DNA of 54,178 bases, the filler included, from Theionarchaea archaeon (GTDB lineage: Archaea > Methanobacteriota_B > Thermococci > Methanofastidiosales > SZ-28-30), in the NCBI GenBank assembly GCA_018992565.1. It is 4 parts of 4 records of this genome, joined end to end, with 100 filler letters (N's around TTAATTAATTAA, not from the genome) between each part and the next. Parts side by side here need not be neighbours in the genome. Positions count along the whole stretch, not along the records: positions 23,095 to 45,741 come from JACVGW010000044.1; positions 45,842 to 49,988 come from JACVGW010000136.1; positions 50,089 to 54,178 come from JACVGW010000137.1; 1 more part is not named here. One strand, written 5' to 3'. Below are positions 40,726 to 50,318 of this stretch, piece after piece. Positions within the stretch are counted from its first letter, which is position 1. Each line of letters opens with the position of its first letter. The notes beneath the pieces are model-generated. The model saw nothing but the letters and a program-made list of their open reading frames with translations, did no database searches and was not told the DNA's origin. Position numbers and translations under genes: made by a program.

Positions 40726-40748
40726 TAGTATTATCGGCGATAGAAGTA
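40726..40748. promoter_or_regulatory. Putative BlaI-like operator 2
   Basis: TAGTATTAT-N5-ATAGAAGTA directly after the TTTTTAAA TATA box on the + strand. Confidence 0.4.
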
Positions 40749-41308
40749 TGACCAGTAACCCATCTGGTAGGGTAGATCGTGAGGAGTGATGACCTGAAAG
40801 ACCAGGACTGGGTACAGCGAGACTGCAAATCTCAGAAGCTGGTCAACGTGGTGAGAATATGGCGACAAGAAAAAGATGCATTGGAGCATTGCTGCTGGTC
40901 ACAGCAGATGTGACAGCACCTGTTGTATGTGCCTTCCCTGAACCTGTAGAAGCACGTGAGGGCAGAGGGTGAGGGAAATGGAACACGCAAAAAGCTGTCT
41001 GTATCAATCCACAGAACAGCGGGGAGAGGCACTGGAGCAGATACAGGAGTGGAAACCGAGTGCTGGTCTCCATGAGATGGAAAGTGCTACATTCACCTTC
41101 AGAGAGAAGCGCAGAATGGACAGGAAGAAGGGCAAACTCGTGGGGGGGACTTGATGGGAGGAATCTGACATGATATTCATTGCGTTACAGCTATACTCTT
41201 TTCACCTTNNNNNNNNNNNNNNNNNNNNNNNNNNNNNNNNNNNNNNNNNNNNNNNNNNNNNNNNNNNNNNNNNNNNNNNNNNNNNNNNNNNNNNNNNNNN
41301 NNNNNNNN

Positions 41309-41944
41309 ACCATAGTCCAAGCCCTCCGGGGAGTATCACTGCAGGTAGACGAAGGGGAGTTCGTATCTATCGTGGGTACAAGTGGCTCTGGGAAGTCTAC
41401 ACTGTTGAACCTGGTGGGGGGGCTGATGAAACCCACATATGGAAAGGTGTACGTCAAGAGACAGGACTTGACCACAATGAATGAGAACGAACTGGCCTTG
41501 TTCAGAAGGCAGTACGTTGGATTCGTTTTCCAATCATTCAATCTGGCCAGTATGCTGACTGCGGCAGAGAATGTGGAACTTCCTTTAGTGTTCTCCGGGA
41601 TTCGTTCAGGAGAAAGAGAAAAGAGAGTGAGAACTCTTCTCACGAGTCTTGGGCTGGAGGAAAGGCTGGATCATAAACCCTCCGAGTTGTCTGGTGGTCA
41701 GCAGCAGAGGGTATCCATTGCCAGAGCAATAATCACTGAACCCGAGATCATTCTCGCAGACGAGCCCACGGGCAACCTGGACTCCCACACATCTCAGGAG
41801 ATAATGGAGGTCCTGTATGCCCTGAACAAGAAAGGCCAGACCTTTCTGGTGGTCACTCATGACATGGAAGTAGCCCACTACGGAAATCGTATCATCCATA
41901 TGATGGATGGTAGAATCACAAAAATTGAGGAGGTGTCATCATGA
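41309..41944 (+). CDS. ABC transporter ATP-binding protein, LolD/MacB type (5' end in gap)
   Basis: GTSGSGKST, GFVFQSFNL, LSGGQQQRV, DEPTGNLD, VTHD. Confidence 0.95.
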   Translation, partial: TIVQALRGVSLQVDEGEFVSIVGTSGSGKSTLLNLVGGLMKPTYGKVYVKRQDLTTMNENELALFRRQYVGFVFQSFNLASMLTAAENVELPLVFSGIRSGEREKRVRTLLTSLGLEERLDHKPSELSGGQQQRVSIARAIITEPEIILADEPTGNLDSHTSQEIMEVLYALNKKGQTFLVVTHDMEVAHYGNRIIHMMDGRITKIEEVSS

Positions 41945-43029
41945 AAAGTGGATTCATTGTTGTATTGATCTTACTGAGCTCGGTGATAGTCCCATATGCT
42001 GCAAGAGCAGAAGAGTATGCAGAACTGACAGTCGTAGTGACAGATATATATGGGGATTTAATAAATGACGCTCGAGTGTCCATCAATTATGTGTTCCCTC
42101 AAGATGATGATGTTGATATTCCCTACCAGTTTACCAAGAACGGGAAAGCAACATTCTCTCTGGAAGCTGACCGGGAATACTCAGTTTCTGTTACGAAAGC
42201 TGGGTTTTCTGCTCACTCTGAACAAGTGGATCTCGAAGAAGATACTACCCTTTCTGTCATTTTGGAATATATGCAGAGTATTCCTCTTCTCCGCATGAAA
42301 CGATACTCTGTAACGCCAGAACAAGTCGGAGCAGGAGAATCGTTCCAGCTGTATGTGGTAATTGAAAATGGGGGAACGGGAGACGCACTCAATGTGACAG
42401 TCACGTTCAGTCAAACGGAGGACTTCTCGCCAGGACAGCCCTCAAGTTCAGCCTATTTTGAGCGATTGGATACGAAAGAACTTGCATCTGTCTTGCAGAC
42501 GTTTGTAGTCTCTGGAGAAACGCCTTCAGGTGTCTACGACTTGACTGTGACTATATCGTATTCTGATGCTTCAGGCTCGTCGTACACCACGCAGGAATCA
42601 GTGGGAATATCTGTATTGAGAAAGCCGCTGATCAAGTTGTTGAACGTGGGCTATTCAATGCAGGTGACACAGGACGAATCTTTCAAGTTCTCTGCAGACA
42701 TAGCCAATATCGGTCGGTTCACTGTCAATGGCGTGTATCTGGAGGTGGAAAGTGACATGGACTGGGAATACACCTCATACTATATTGGCAGTCTGGATGC
42801 GGGAGATTTCGATTCATTTGAAGCGGACGTCGTCGCCACAGAGCCGGGAGAGCACACCTTCATCATCAGGATAGGGTTCGTTGATGATTTCAACAAGGGA
42901 CATTTCCAGGAGGAATCCTTCTCCCTGGTGGTTACAGAAAAAGTGGTACAGCAGACCTTCGTTCCAGAGGAGAAAGGGTTGTGGCAGCGCTTCATTGACT
43001 TCCTGAAATCATTCCTGGGGCTGAATTAA
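41941..43029 (+). CDS. Secreted Ig-like/CARDB (COG1361-type) accessory protein
   Basis: Signal peptide; IENGGTGDALNV, ANIG...YIGSLDAGD; C-terminal amphipathic helix. Confidence 0.75.
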   Translation: MKSGFIVVLILLSSVIVPYAARAEEYAELTVVVTDIYGDLINDARVSINYVFPQDDDVDIPYQFTKNGKATFSLEADREYSVSVTKAGFSAHSEQVDLEEDTTLSVILEYMQSIPLLRMKRYSVTPEQVGAGESFQLYVVIENGGTGDALNVTVTFSQTEDFSPGQPSSSAYFERLDTKELASVLQTFVVSGETPSGVYDLTVTISYSDASGSSYTTQESVGISVLRKPLIKLLNVGYSMQVTQDESFKFSADIANIGRFTVNGVYLEVESDMDWEYTSYYIGSLDAGDFDSFEADVVATEPGEHTFIIRIGFVDDFNKGHFQEESFSLVVTEKVVQQTFVPEEKGLWQRFIDFLKSFLGLN

Positions 43030-44322
43030 ATGCGCTTCGACGACCTGATCCGGATTGTGCTTCGAAATCTGAATCGAGTACGGACGAGAACCATCTTGAC
43101 TACTTTAGGTGTAATAATTGGGGTGGCAGCCATTGTCACCCTACTGTCTGTTGCCATGGGATTTCAGCAGAATATTACTGAGCAGCTGGAGGGTATAAGC
43201 GACATTACCCAGATCACGGTTTCTCAGGCACGATTTGGCCCAGGAATGGTTCGGGGAGGAGGTGCTGTAGCACAGTCAGAAGAGACCAAGATACTGGATG
43301 ATGATGTGATTGAAGAGATCGAATCATTTGAAGGTGTGGAATCAGTCATGGCAACCCTTTCTGCAACGGGCACCATGGAAGTAGGACGGTATACAACCCG
43401 GATGAGTTCTATCACTGGAATCAATCCAAAAGATGCTGAAGACATGGAGATCGAAATGATGGACGGACGGTTCCTGCGAAGCAATGACAAGAATGTCATC
43501 GTAGTAGGATACAGTGTGAATGACGAATTCATGGAAAAGAAAACAGAGAAAACAGTGGAAGACCTGAATATCATGGGGAAAAATGCGGAGATTATAATCG
43601 AAAGGACAACTGATGAAGGCGAAGAGGAATCCAGGGCTATTCGAGTAAGAATAATTGGAGTAATGGCAGAACAAGGTACAGAGAGCGATTACAGGATTTA
43701 TGCCCCCTTGGACCTGACCATCGAAATGAAGGAATGGATGAGGCAGGAATCGGACATTATGGATGAGGAGGGCTATGATAGACTCACCGTAAAGGCCATA
43801 GATTCCAGTTTCGTTGATGGACTCACCGAAGAAATCACTGAGCTCGGGTTTCAAGCATTTTCCTCAAAACAGATTGTAGACAGCATGAATCAGATCTTTG
43901 TCATCCTGCAGATTGTCCTGCTGGGAATTGGAGCAATTTCCTTGATTGTTGCTGCTTTAGGAATTACCAATACCATGATGATGTCCATAATGGAGAGAAC
44001 GAGAGAAATCGGCATCATGAAAGTCATAGGCGCCTCCAATTCAGATGTCACGCGAATCTTTCTTATGGAAGCCCTGTTTATCGGCTTGCTGGGGGGTGTG
44101 GGAGGTGTAATACTGGGTATCGTGGTTTCAAAAATCGTAGATTTGTTCGCTGGCATGTATCTATCGGAACAAGGGGCAGCTGTACAGTCAATTTCAGTAG
44201 TGCCTCTCTGGCTGATTGGATTTGCCATTGGATTCGCCATGCTTGTGGGATTGATATCTGGAGTATATCCTGCAGGAAAGGCGGCGAGACTATCCCCTGT
44301 GGAGGCCCTACGCCATGATTAG
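43030..44322 (+). CDS. MacB/FtsX-family ABC permease
   Basis: RTILTTLGVIIG, ERTREIGIMKVIGA, YPAGKAARLSPVEALR. Confidence 0.95.
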   Translation: MRFDDLIRIVLRNLNRVRTRTILTTLGVIIGVAAIVTLLSVAMGFQQNITEQLEGISDITQITVSQARFGPGMVRGGGAVAQSEETKILDDDVIEEIESFEGVESVMATLSATGTMEVGRYTTRMSSITGINPKDAEDMEIEMMDGRFLRSNDKNVIVVGYSVNDEFMEKKTEKTVEDLNIMGKNAEIIIERTTDEGEEESRAIRVRIIGVMAEQGTESDYRIYAPLDLTIEMKEWMRQESDIMDEEGYDRLTVKAIDSSFVDGLTEEITELGFQAFSSKQIVDSMNQIFVILQIVLLGIGAISLIVAALGITNTMMMSIMERTREIGIMKVIGASNSDVTRIFLMEALFIGLLGGVGGVILGIVVSKIVDLFAGMYLSEQGAAVQSISVVPLWLIGFAIGFAMLVGLISGVYPAGKAARLSPVEALRHD

Positions 44323-45741
44323 TGGAGGCGAGAAATCGCAGATAGCACTTGGGGTTCTCGTCATCAGTCTCTTGTGTTCACCATATGTGGATGGTGCCTC
44401 AGGATATGAATCCATTCCACATTCATTTTTCGTAGACCTGAATGGACGTCAAAACTGCCTCATTGTGGTCGGTGAACAGGCAGATGCTACAGACATCATA
44501 GAGGCCTCACGACTGGCAGTCACTATTGGTGAATTGTTCAGTCTGAAACAAGAGATACCAGTGGTGCAGGAAATCGATATCACTCATGAGAATGTACCTC
44601 CAGACACATGTATTGTAGAGACTCCCTTGGAATTGAGTACCTTATGGTATTTTGATGATTATGAAAACGGAGTGTATGGAAACGGGAATGCAAAATTCGA
44701 CCCATGGGAAACCCATGAAGAAATCCAGTTGATCATTGACGATATTGAGGAGGCTGACCCATTTCTGGGGTTTTCTGTGGGAAACAAATACCTGGACTTT
44801 TTAACTATCTACAGAATCGATAATGTACGATGTCCCCCGTATGTGTGGGTGTACTCATATGTGGAAGGCACCAGAGGAGAACACATTGCCGGGTTTCAGA
44901 ATCAACAGGTGAGAAGCTATGCAATTATTGACCCCTACTTTGTTATAAATGGGTACCTGCCTGAAGTCTGCATTTTTGGTGTAACATATACTGTGGTCTA
45001 CGTAAGTAGTTCCGTGTTGATAACAGGTGAGCCACATTTGAAATATGTGTATTTGTATGGGGGCCAGCCTTTCACCACAGAGAAGTTCACCATCTCTCTG
45101 CTGGACGTTGATGTGGATCACAACAAGTGTTATCTGAGTGTCCAGAGTTCTGGTGTCCGGGAAGAATTCTGGATGGTTCTGGACCCTCTGCATGGATTTT
45201 CACCTGATATTCAGGAGATGGGTTCACAGGATGTCATGGCCTATGATTTTGATGGAGACGGAACGGTGGACTACAGTGACAAGACACAGACAGGACTCTC
45301 AGAACTGGATGTATGGGGTCACAATATGGGTGGGGGAGCAGCTGATCTGGTCATTGATGGAATCAAAATCTTCATCGGGGAAGAAATAGGGGTATACCTG
45401 GGAGTATACTGGGTGGAAGATATTGTGACGTGGAATGAGTATTCCTGCTGCGACCCTTTTGTAAAATACCCGCAGTACTACAGTTTTCAGATCAGGCCAG
45501 AAACCGTGGCGCTGCAGGCTGTTGAGGATGCCTATGTGGACCAGGGGTTACCTCTTCAGAATTTTGGAGGAGACGCCTTCCTTTCTGTGAGGTCTTCCCT
45601 TGGTGCAAATGCGCGGTCCTTTGTGAAGTTCAACCTCCCCACACTGCCAGAAAAGGCCATCATCAGCAAAGCAACACTGCAGCTGAGCCCTTTGAATGAC
45701 CCAGGTTCCAGGGTATACGAGGTTTCCCGGGTTACATCACC
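44315..45741 (+). CDS. S-layer-like secreted protein with a DNRLRE-like domain (truncated at contig end)
   Basis: IVVGEQADATDIIEA S-layer N-terminal motif; DFDGDGTVD; EDAYVDQ...NFGG...RSFVKFNL. Confidence 0.7.
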
Positions 45742-45841
45742 NNNNNNNNNNNNNNNNNNNNNNNNNNNNNNNNNNNNNNNNNNNNTTAATTAATTAANNN
45801 NNNNNNNNNNNNNNNNNNNNNNNNNNNNNNNNNNNNNNNNN
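45742..45841. other. Artificial contig-join linker
   Basis: N-TTAATTAATTAA-N. Confidence 0.95.
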
Positions 45842-45927
45842 TCGGGTCGGATGAGAGTAATTGTATCTGTGCACAATCCATACACACCAATGAAGGAAAT
45901 TCCTTCAAAGTCCAGCTTGGAGATCAT
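45842..45927 (-). CDS. eif6: Translation factor aIF6, 5' fragment
   Basis: MISKLDFEGISFIGVYGLCTD directly after rpl31e, matching conserved archaeal gene order. Confidence 0.8.
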
Positions 45928-45928
45928 A

Positions 45929-46195
45929 TCACTCTGCCAGTTCAGCCACTACAAACTCGTGGTCATCTTCTACGTGCTTTGTTGCTCTTACCCGCACCCT
46001 AGGTGGGGGTTTCTGAATTCCCCTGGACCATAACTCCTCATTCAGTTTCTGCTCAATGACCACGCTCTCTGTCTTGGTGTGACGCATGAGAAATGAACGC
46101 AATTCATGTACTGCGCGAGGAACTCTCTTCCTGCGGGGGACACGCTTGGCACTCCGCAAAGGGACCACATATACTCGTTCTTCTCCTTCTTCCAT
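45929..46195 (-). CDS. rpl31e: 50S ribosomal protein L31e
   Basis: ERVYVVPL, LNEELWSRGIQKPP. Confidence 0.95.
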   Translation of the reverse strand: MEEGEERVYVVPLRSAKRVPRRKRVPRAVHELRSFLMRHTKTESVVIEQKLNEELWSRGIQKPPPRVRVRATKHVEDDHEFVVAELAE

Positions 46196-46199
46196 GTTC

Positions 46200-46355
46200 T
46201 CACTTCTGCAAGTTTGTTCTTCTCCAGTGCCTTCTCCTGGGATGGGTTCTGACATGCAGCTGGGTTTTCATCCACACCCAGACAGGCACTCTCCTGTTCT
46301 GCTTCCGTGCTTTTCCCAGCCTTAATTTCTTGGCCAAAGTCTTATGCTGTGACAT
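46200..46355 (-). CDS. rpl39e: 50S ribosomal protein L39e
   Basis: [17 protein letters not shown]. Confidence 0.96.
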   Translation of the reverse strand: MSQHKTLAKKLRLGKARKQNRRVPVWVWMKTQLHVRTHPRRRHWRRTNLQK

Positions 46356-46356
46356 G

Positions 46357-46671
46357 CTAACGCCTCTCAATATGAAAGTCCTTCTTCCTGCTGCCAAAAA
46401 CTTGCTGGATTAACTGCTTGAACTGGTCTTCTGTCAAGCGACTCTTTATCCTGCCTGTCTGTAACAGCTGAAATAAGACAGCTTCTATTTGCTCTCCATA
46501 TGGCGGATTGGCCATCTTGATACGGGTCAATCGCTCCCTGGCATTCGCATCGAGAATCTGTTTCAGTACTGCTTGTTTTTGGATTTCTTGTTGAATCAGT
46601 TCCTGTTCTTCATCTTGTTGTCTCTTCATTTCCTCTAATTTTCTTTTCTTGACATCCTCTATATCTTCCAT
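46357..46671 (-). CDS. PDCD5-family DNA-binding protein
   Basis: [18 protein letters not shown]; conserved position between rps19e and rpl39e. Confidence 0.92.
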   Translation of the reverse strand: MEDIEDVKKRKLEEMKRQQDEEQELIQQEIQKQAVLKQILDANARERLTRIKMANPPYGEQIEAVLFQLLQTGRIKSRLTEDQFKQLIQQVFGSRKKDFHIERR

Positions 46672-46679
46672 GGTATCCC

Positions 46680-47123
46680 TCAGTACTGTTCTAGTTCTCC
46701 CACTCCTGCTGCCAGTTTCACCTCGTATGCCAACCGATCCATATATGATACACCCTTTGGAGTCAATCTTCTTCCTTTGGGTGCAGGCTCTACAAACCCA
46801 GCTTTCTCCATCTGCTGGAGCAGCCTTCTGATAATTGCACCGCTTGCTTTTCCAAATTTCTCTGGCTTATGTCCACGGTCTTTCTTTCCTCCATAATGCC
46901 TTCTCAACCTCTCAACACCTACTGGACCATCAATGTACAACCGGCGCAATAGCGATGCTGCCCTGATATACCACCAGTCTTCCTGCACGGGAGGTCGCTC
47001 CTTGTGAGTCCCCGTTTTCACATATTTTGACCAGTCAGGGGGTTTAATGTCCCCTACTTCCTTGAGTTCCTGAGTGAGCCTGGCCAGCAGATCATAGGCA
47101 TTAACATCATAAACACTAGTCAT
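46680..47123 (-). CDS. rps19e: 30S ribosomal protein S19e
   Basis: VKTGTHKERPP, WWYIRAASLLR, GPVGVERLR. Confidence 0.97.
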   Translation of the reverse strand: MTSVYDVNAYDLLARLTQELKEVGDIKPPDWSKYVKTGTHKERPPVQEDWWYIRAASLLRRLYIDGPVGVERLRRHYGGKKDRGHKPEKFGKASGAIIRRLLQQMEKAGFVEPAPKGRRLTPKGVSYMDRLAYEVKLAAGVGELEQY

Positions 47124-47198
47124 GATCCCCAATTAGAGTGCACCTTAAAAAGCTTTTCACCGGTAGTCTCTGATTTTGACTTCACAACCGTATCTGTC

Positions 47199-47975
47199 TC
47201 AAGAGAATCTAGGAGTTCGCTTCTCCAGAAATGCAGTCATTCCTTCCTTCTGATCAGAGTGTGCAAAACACAGAGCAAAGAACTGCCGTTCGATTTCCTG
47301 AGCCTTTTCAAAGTCTACCTCACACCCATCATCAATTGCATGCTTTGCTGCAGCAAGAGAGAACCTTCCAAGTTCAGCAAGAGAGTGAGCTACCTTCATG
47401 ACCGCGTCCATCAACGTATCAAGGGGGACAACCATAGTCAGTAATCCGATGGCTTCTGCTTCTGAAGCTGGAATCGCCTTCCCCGTCAGCACCAGTTCCT
47501 TGGCCTTGGTCTTACCCACCAGACGAGCCAGTCTCTGGGTTCCTCCCCACCCGGGAATGACTCCAATCTTGATTTCAGGCTGCCCTACCTTTGCTGTATC
47601 TGAGGCAATTCGCAGATCACAGGCCATGGCCAGTTCCAGCCCCCCGCCCAGGGCATAGCCATTTATGGCTGCAATGACTATTTTATCACTTCTTTCCATG
47701 GCTCTCAGAGTCGCCTGGCCATTCTGTGCAAAAGCCATAGCTTGCAGTGGGTCTATATCCTGCATTTCTGAAATATCGGCCCCTGCAATGAAGGCTTTTT
47801 CCCCTTTCCCTGTAATAACAATCACTCTCACTTCGGGATCAGTATCAAGAGTTTCGAATCCAGACCTGATCTCCGAGACAACTTCTGTGTTGAGAGCATT
47901 CAGTTTATCAGGTCTATTCACTGTAATAGTGCCGATTGGACCTTTTTTCTCCAGGAGTATGTGCTTAAAATCCAT
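47199..47975 (-). CDS. Enoyl-CoA hydratase/crotonase
   Basis: NRPDKLNAL, AFIAGADI, GGGLELAMACD, GQPE, PGWGGTQRL. Confidence 0.93.
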   Translation of the reverse strand: MDFKHILLEKKGPIGTITVNRPDKLNALNTEVVSEIRSGFETLDTDPEVRVIVITGKGEKAFIAGADISEMQDIDPLQAMAFAQNGQATLRAMERSDKIVIAAINGYALGGGLELAMACDLRIASDTAKVGQPEIKIGVIPGWGGTQRLARLVGKTKAKELVLTGKAIPASEAEAIGLLTMVVPLDTLMDAVMKVAHSLAELGRFSLAAAKHAIDDGCEVDFEKAQEIERQFFALCFAHSDQKEGMTAFLEKRTPRFS

Positions 47976-48199
47976 ACAATCACCTGAGACTCCTGTCAAA
48001 ATTTCCCATAAAAAGGTTTGGTAGTACCAGGTCAGATAGACTGTCAGCTCTCAGAATATGAATCCCTCCCTGTAACCACCCTGACACAAAGAGCATGAAG
48101 AATGTTGCAAGTGGCAGGCTGAGACCCTGCGAACAAAGGCCAAGTGAAGACAGACTGGAAGGGGGAAACCTATTTATTCTCAGTGAATACTCTCACTCT

Positions 48200-48949
48200 A
48201 TGAGACGGCTGGGACTTCTGGATGTACTCTATCTCTCAATTGACAGTCTGAAAAATCAGCCTTCTCTTATTATTCCTGCTCTGTCTGTGATTGGATTCAG
48301 CTTGTACATCTTTTCAGTCGCCTTTGGGAGCTTTTCGTCAATTTCTGAACTTCTGGAGACAGTTCCTCTTTTAATGGGAGAACGATTCAGTCAGCTTATA
48401 GTTTTATGTGCCGTCATCTTACTGATTGTGGTGTGCGGAGCTGCAGTCATCTGTGGTATGACCAAAGTTGGAATCGCCACAGGGGACTCATCCATTGGAA
48501 AGGGAGTTCAAGAGATAGAGAGCCACATATTCTCCATCATTGTGGCCTTTTTTGTCGCAGGGATAATGTCCGGAATTTTAATTATTGGAGGAATACTAGC
48601 TGTCACCCAGATAATATCAGAACCTGGGCTTGTGTCTGCATTGCTTTATGCTTTCGTGGTGCTGCTGGGGTTCATGCTGGGAATCCTGTTTATGTATATG
48701 ATGCCTGCTATTGTGGTGGACGGGCTGGATTCTGTCACTGCCATTGGATTGAGCATTGGGATTGTGTTAAATCACTTGAGAGAATCACTGCTTCTGGCTT
48801 TTGTGACGTTGCTCTCATTGACTGCGGTGTATCTAATTTCGGATCTCGTATCGGGGGCCACCCACTTTGTGGTTTTTCTCTTAGGTTGTTCCCTGGTTCT
48901 CACTATACTGGTTATTGCAGTCACTGTAGACTATGTAAATCTGAAATGA
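48200..48949 (+). CDS. Hypothetical multi-pass membrane protein
   Basis: About 6 TM; PAIVVDGL...AIGLS pattern of glycerophosphoryl-diester-phosphodiesterase-anchor-like proteins. Confidence 0.75.
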   Translation: MRRLGLLDVLYLSIDSLKNQPSLIIPALSVIGFSLYIFSVAFGSFSSISELLETVPLLMGERFSQLIVLCAVILLIVVCGAAVICGMTKVGIATGDSSIGKGVQEIESHIFSIIVAFFVAGIMSGILIIGGILAVTQIISEPGLVSALLYAFVVLLGFMLGILFMYMMPAIVVDGLDSVTAIGLSIGIVLNHLRESLLLAFVTLLSLTAVYLISDLVSGATHFVVFLLGCSLVLTILVIAVTVDYVNLK

Positions 48950-48958
48950 GGTATCGCC

Positions 48959-49603
48959 ATGATAGAACCATTACTGACAATAGTGGAAATGGCACTTCTT
49001 TGCTGCTGTGTATGTGCTGCGCTCTTTCTTATTTATCTTCGACACCAAAAATGGGAAGAACCTCCAGCCACTGCACAGAACCTCATGATTTTGGGTCTGT
49101 TATCCTCAAGAATGAATGTGAAACCTTCGCTACTCACCGTGTTACTACTCTTTTCTGTTGCCGGCCCTTTCTTAGTGTACACAGAATTGTTGACATGGCA
49201 TCTCGTTGTTGTTCTCGAGATATCCATTGTCCTCCTGCTGGTGGTTACAAGGGAACTCAAGAGGATGATAAACAGGATAACTCCTTCTCCTGAATTCGAA
49301 GCTCAAAACCCTCCAATCCCTCCACGGTCTGCTGTACTGTCCGACAAAAGAATGACTCTCCTGAAAATCGGAGTTGCCCTGATTGCAGTCTTCCTTGGAG
49401 GGAATGCACTCTACCACATGAAGATGTTGCTATCCTCCTCTGCACCCCCTGAAAAGGAGATTCTCATCACAGCAACAAGTCTCGTGGGTTCTGCACTATG
49501 TACAGGGCTGTTGAAGAGCCTCCCAATTCTCAGAGAGATGCTCAGCTCCCCTTCGAGAGACGAGGTCAAGCCACGCGTCAGCAAATTCAAGGGAAAGAAG
49601 TGA
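48959..49603 (+). CDS. Hypothetical membrane protein
   Basis: GAGGT RBS; about 5 hydrophobic segments. Confidence 0.65.
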   Translation: MIEPLLTIVEMALLCCCVCAALFLIYLRHQKWEEPPATAQNLMILGLLSSRMNVKPSLLTVLLLFSVAGPFLVYTELLTWHLVVVLEISIVLLLVVTRELKRMINRITPSPEFEAQNPPIPPRSAVLSDKRMTLLKIGVALIAVFLGGNALYHMKMLLSSSAPPEKEILITATSLVGSALCTGLLKSLPILREMLSSPSRDEVKPRVSKFKGKK

Positions 49604-49794
49604 ATAGACAATCCAGTCTTACCATCTCCTGACTTTGACCTATCGGAGAATAAGCACAAATCTGGGTTGCCACCTGTCAAAAGGGGTGATACTTCCTACC
49701 ACAATACTTCTGGCAAAAGAGCTGTTCCTGAATGTCATGTTGTCCCAGAAAACCATATATTATGATTTCGTAGAGTTTTTCTCAGGTGATTGAT

Positions 49795-49890
49795 ATGAAA
49801 GGACTGAAAGGATGGCCATTTGAACCTGTCAAAAGCATAGTTCCCTATGGTCTGCTGGGAGATGGCCCTGGTTCTGGAATGCCTTGTTGA
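49795..49890 (+). CDS. 31-aa small peptide MKGLKGWPFEPVKSIVPYGLLGDGPGSGMPC
   Basis: AGGTGA RBS, upstream ATATATTA TATA-like box, downstream terminator; below the ORF-track length cutoff. Confidence 0.65.
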   Translation: MKGLKGWPFEPVKSIVPYGLLGDGPGSGMPC

Positions 49891-49917
49891 GATTGAAATC
49901 GTTCAAAACTATACATT

Positions 49918-49957
49918 GGGGAGGATACACGAAGATCGTGTATTATCCCCTTTTTTT
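49918..49957 (+). terminator. Hairpin plus T7 terminator
   Basis: GGGGA-G-GATACACGA-AGA-TCGTGTATT-A-TCCCC followed by TTTTTTT. Confidence 0.7.
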
Positions 49958-49988
49958 CTAATTGCAGTATGCTGTCAATCTCAAGACG

Positions 49989-50088
49989 NNNNNNNNNNNN
50001 NNNNNNNNNNNNNNNNNNNNNNNNNNNNNNNNTTAATTAATTAANNNNNNNNNNNNNNNNNNNNNNNNNNNNNNNNNNNNNNNNNNNN
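49989..50088. other. Artificial contig-join linker
   Basis: N-TTAATTAATTAA-N. Confidence 0.95.
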
Positions 50089-50130
50089 GGTTATCAGCCG
50101 GACGCTCTAACCAACCTAAGCCACGGGCCC
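50089..50130 (-). tRNA. tRNA-Ile (GAT), 5' half, truncated by contig end
   Basis: GGGCCCGTGGCTTAGGTTGGTTAGAGCGTCCGG-CT-GAT-AA-CC. Confidence 0.9.
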
Positions 50131-50318
50131 GTGAAGGTATGTACACCTTCTTTCATCCACCCCTATTTAAGGTTTTTCCTTTGATTGATCATGTGAGTAA
50201 GAACGTGGTCTCATTGGCAGACTTCAGGCAGCTACCCTACTGGAAACCATTTTAATGTAGGAATACTAGGTGTATAACAAGCCGTAGATATGTGGAGAGA
50301 CAGCATCAAGGTGACTAG

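Noticed and set aside
40859..41172. Possible selenocysteine read-through at TGA 40970
   Set aside because: The frame stays open, but the product has no selenoprotein motif and I saw no SECIS-like element.
48406..49293. 295-aa Cys-rich ORF
   Set aside because: Shifted-frame shadow of two hydrophobic membrane genes.
23039..50044. TTAATTAATTAA repeated three times
   Set aside because: Always centred in N runs; an artificial six-frame-stop linker. Gene adjacency across these points is not biological.
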